The position numbers and the translations under genes were made by a program. The notes beneath the pieces were generated by a model. That model did no database searches and had not been told where the DNA came from. It saw only the letters and a program-made list of their open reading frames with translations. This document shows, one piece after another, positions 62,443 through 64,000 of a stretch of 64,000 nt of DNA. Within the stretch, counting starts at the first letter, position 1. Each line of letters opens with the position of its first letter. The stretch lies in NCBI GenBank assembly GCA_034521595.1, contig JAXHMG010000003.1, positions 2,848,001 to 2,912,000 of the forward strand, given 5' to 3'. This DNA comes from Gemmatimonadota bacterium (GTDB lineage Bacteria > Gemmatimonadota > Gemmatimonadetes > Longimicrobiales > Gaopeijiaceae).

Positions 62443-64000
62443 CGGTCACCTCCCGCGTCCGTCAGCTCGATGGTCCGGACCAGGTCGGCGGTGCGCACGA
62501 CGGCCCGAACGAGGTAGTGTGGAGCGTCGGCCCGCACGAACCACTCCTCCCGGGCGCCCTCGGAAGCATCCCATGCCAGCGTCAGACGCCAGGTGTCGAA
62601 CGTCCCCGCGCCCGTCGTGACACGCTCCCCGCCCTCGACGGTGAGGTCCAGCGTGGCGAGCTCGAGCGTCTCGGCGTCGAACACGGTGAACCGGGCGGCG
62701 TATCCCTCCTCGAGCGGCAAGGCGGCGACGAGCATTTCGAGGGCGGGGCCGTCCGCCCACGCGGACCGTCCGGCTCCACCTCGAACGGCGTCTCGAACCC
62801 GTCCGTCGGTGACCCCCATGACACGCTCGTCTTCGAAGTCGATCCGAACCGTCAAGGGTTCCACCGCCCGCCGCCGGACGGGCATGAGCGACGCGGAATC
62901 CAGCACGACCGTGTCCGACGCCTCCGTGCGCCCCTCCGGGCCGGGCATCTGCTCGAACGGATCCGTACCCTCCTCCGGGTCCTCGGGCAAGGCGGCCGCT
63001 TCGAAGTCCGTAGCGGCGTAGGTGGGCACCTCGGCCACGTCGACCACCCGCCAGACCGAGCGTCCGTCTTCCGTGTCCCGTTCGATGCGGCGCTCCACGG
63101 TCAGAGGCTCGGAGCCCGGCTCGTCGATCGTCACCGTGTACGCCGCCGATCCGGGCACGAGCGCCGCCGGGACGGGACGGGGTGGAATGAATCCGGACGC
63201 GAGAACCACATCCGCGCGCGGATCCAGGGCGAGGATCCGCGTCGCCTCACCCGCCCAGCGGTCGAGGAGATAGATCGAAGCGTCGTCGCCGTCACGCGCG
63301 GTGGCCAGCATGCGTGCCCCTTCGGCTCGCCGGGGATGGAACGTCAGGCGAGCGGCATCACCTACGACCTCGCGCAAGGTCCCGACGCCTTCGCGGAACG
63401 TGGAATCGCTCCGGAACGCTGCCTCCGGGTCGTCGGTCAGGTCGCTCCGGACGACCTCCTCCTCCAAGGTGATGGGATCGAGGAGGATGAGCGCAGGAAC
63501 GTCACGGTCCCTGCTCGACCGCAACCAGACCCGGCCGTCCGGATGGAAGCCCACGGGCTCGCAGGCCTCTCCGTCCGCGCACGCGAAGATCGGCACGACC
63601 CCGTCGTCCCGCCGCCGAACGACCTCGGTCCCGCCGTCCTCCCCGGTCCGCAGCCCCAGGCGGGGGACCCCGGCCTCGTCGGGCACCCACCGACGCACGC
63701 TTCCGTCGTTCACGACCACATCGGTGCGGGCGCCGGTCTCGAGCTCCACCCGGATCAGGTCCGGCGCGTCCGGCTCCGCGCCGGGAACCTCGATCAACGC
63801 CGCGGCGGGGTCTTCGGCGAACCCGGCGAGCCGCACCGGCCCGTTCTGGTCCGGCAGGAGCTCGCGCGGGTCGGGAGCGGCAGCGGCTCGGCCGTCCCGG
63901 GGTCGCGGCGCTGGTCCGGGACGTCGGCTCCCGCCAAGGGATCGACGGAGACGACGTAGAGGCGTCCTTCCACTCCGGCCGCACGGGCCTGCAGCACGAG
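62439..64000 (-). CDS. Hypothetical protein (propeller-like N-part, DUF3108-like C-terminal domain), 5' partial
   Basis: 465-aa ORF continuing by frameshift to the window end. C-terminal ERVTTGAGTFDTW...EWFV...PHYLVR pattern. Overlaps the start of the barrel gene. Confidence 0.5.
   Translation of the reverse strand, partial: RAAGPCGRSGRTPLRRLRRSLGGSRRPGPAPRPRDGRAAAAPDPRELLPDQNGPVRLAGFAEDPAAALIEVPGAEPDAPDLIRVELETGARTDVVVNDGSVRRWVPDEAGVPRLGLRTGEDGGTEVVRRRDDGVVPIFACADGEACEPVGFHPDGRVWLRSSRDRDVPALILLDPITLEEEVVRSDLTDDPEAAFRSDSTFREGVGTLREVVGDAARLTFHPRRAEGARMLATARDGDDASIYLLDRWAGEATRILALDPRADVVLASGFIPPRPVPAALVPGSAAYTVTIDEPGSEPLTVERRIERDTEDGRSVWRVVDVAEVPTYAATDFEAAALPEDPEEGTDPFEQMPGPEGRTEASDTVVLDSASLMPVRRRAVEPLTVRIDFEDERVMGVTDGRVRDAVRGGAGRSAWADGPALEMLVAALPLEEGYAARFTVFDAETLELATLDLTVEGGERVTTGAGTFDTWRLTLAWDASEGAREEWFVRADAPHYLVRAVVRTADLVRTIELTDAGGDR

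Noticed and set aside
32650-64000. Mass pseudogenisation or programmed frameshifting
   Set aside because: The indels are scattered, differ between near-identical repeat copies, lack slippery motifs and leave active sites intact, so sequencing error is more likely.

Overview
This is a very GC-rich bacterial chromosomal segment of about 57 protein-coding genes. I found no rRNA, tRNA, CRISPR array, integrase or transposase. The gene repertoire suggests Gemmatimonadota or a similar diderm, which is an inference only. Contents from left to right: (1) the end of a suf operon (sufD, Rieske ferredoxin, sufS, sufU) with ogt; (2) an oxidoreductase operon; (3) a COG2907/DUF1365/cfa/methyltransferase lipid-modification operon resembling the furan fatty acid pathway; (4) msrB-DUF1326-DUF2182, divergent from a TetR gene with a clear palindromic operator; (5) an HD-ccdA-dsbA-zincin run; (6) a Rieske gene plus a cytochrome b-diheme c fusion; (7) phhA coupled to a probable UGA/selenocysteine peroxiredoxin-like gene with a SECIS-like hairpin; (8) an RCC1/Ig lipoprotein; (9) a bacilliredoxin next to a disulfide reductase; (10) an hcrCAB-like molybdoenzyme operon interrupted by a DUF1460 amidase; (11) treZ; (12) an ECF sigma and Ser/Thr kinase pair; (13) a putative beta-barrel gene with a lipoprotein carrying five ~309-bp Ig repeats. 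Genes before ~32.7 kb are intact, while most later genes carry several 1-nt indels. These are probably long-read errors, so coordinates in that half are reconstructed and approximate. Family assignments come from motif recognition, not from database searches.
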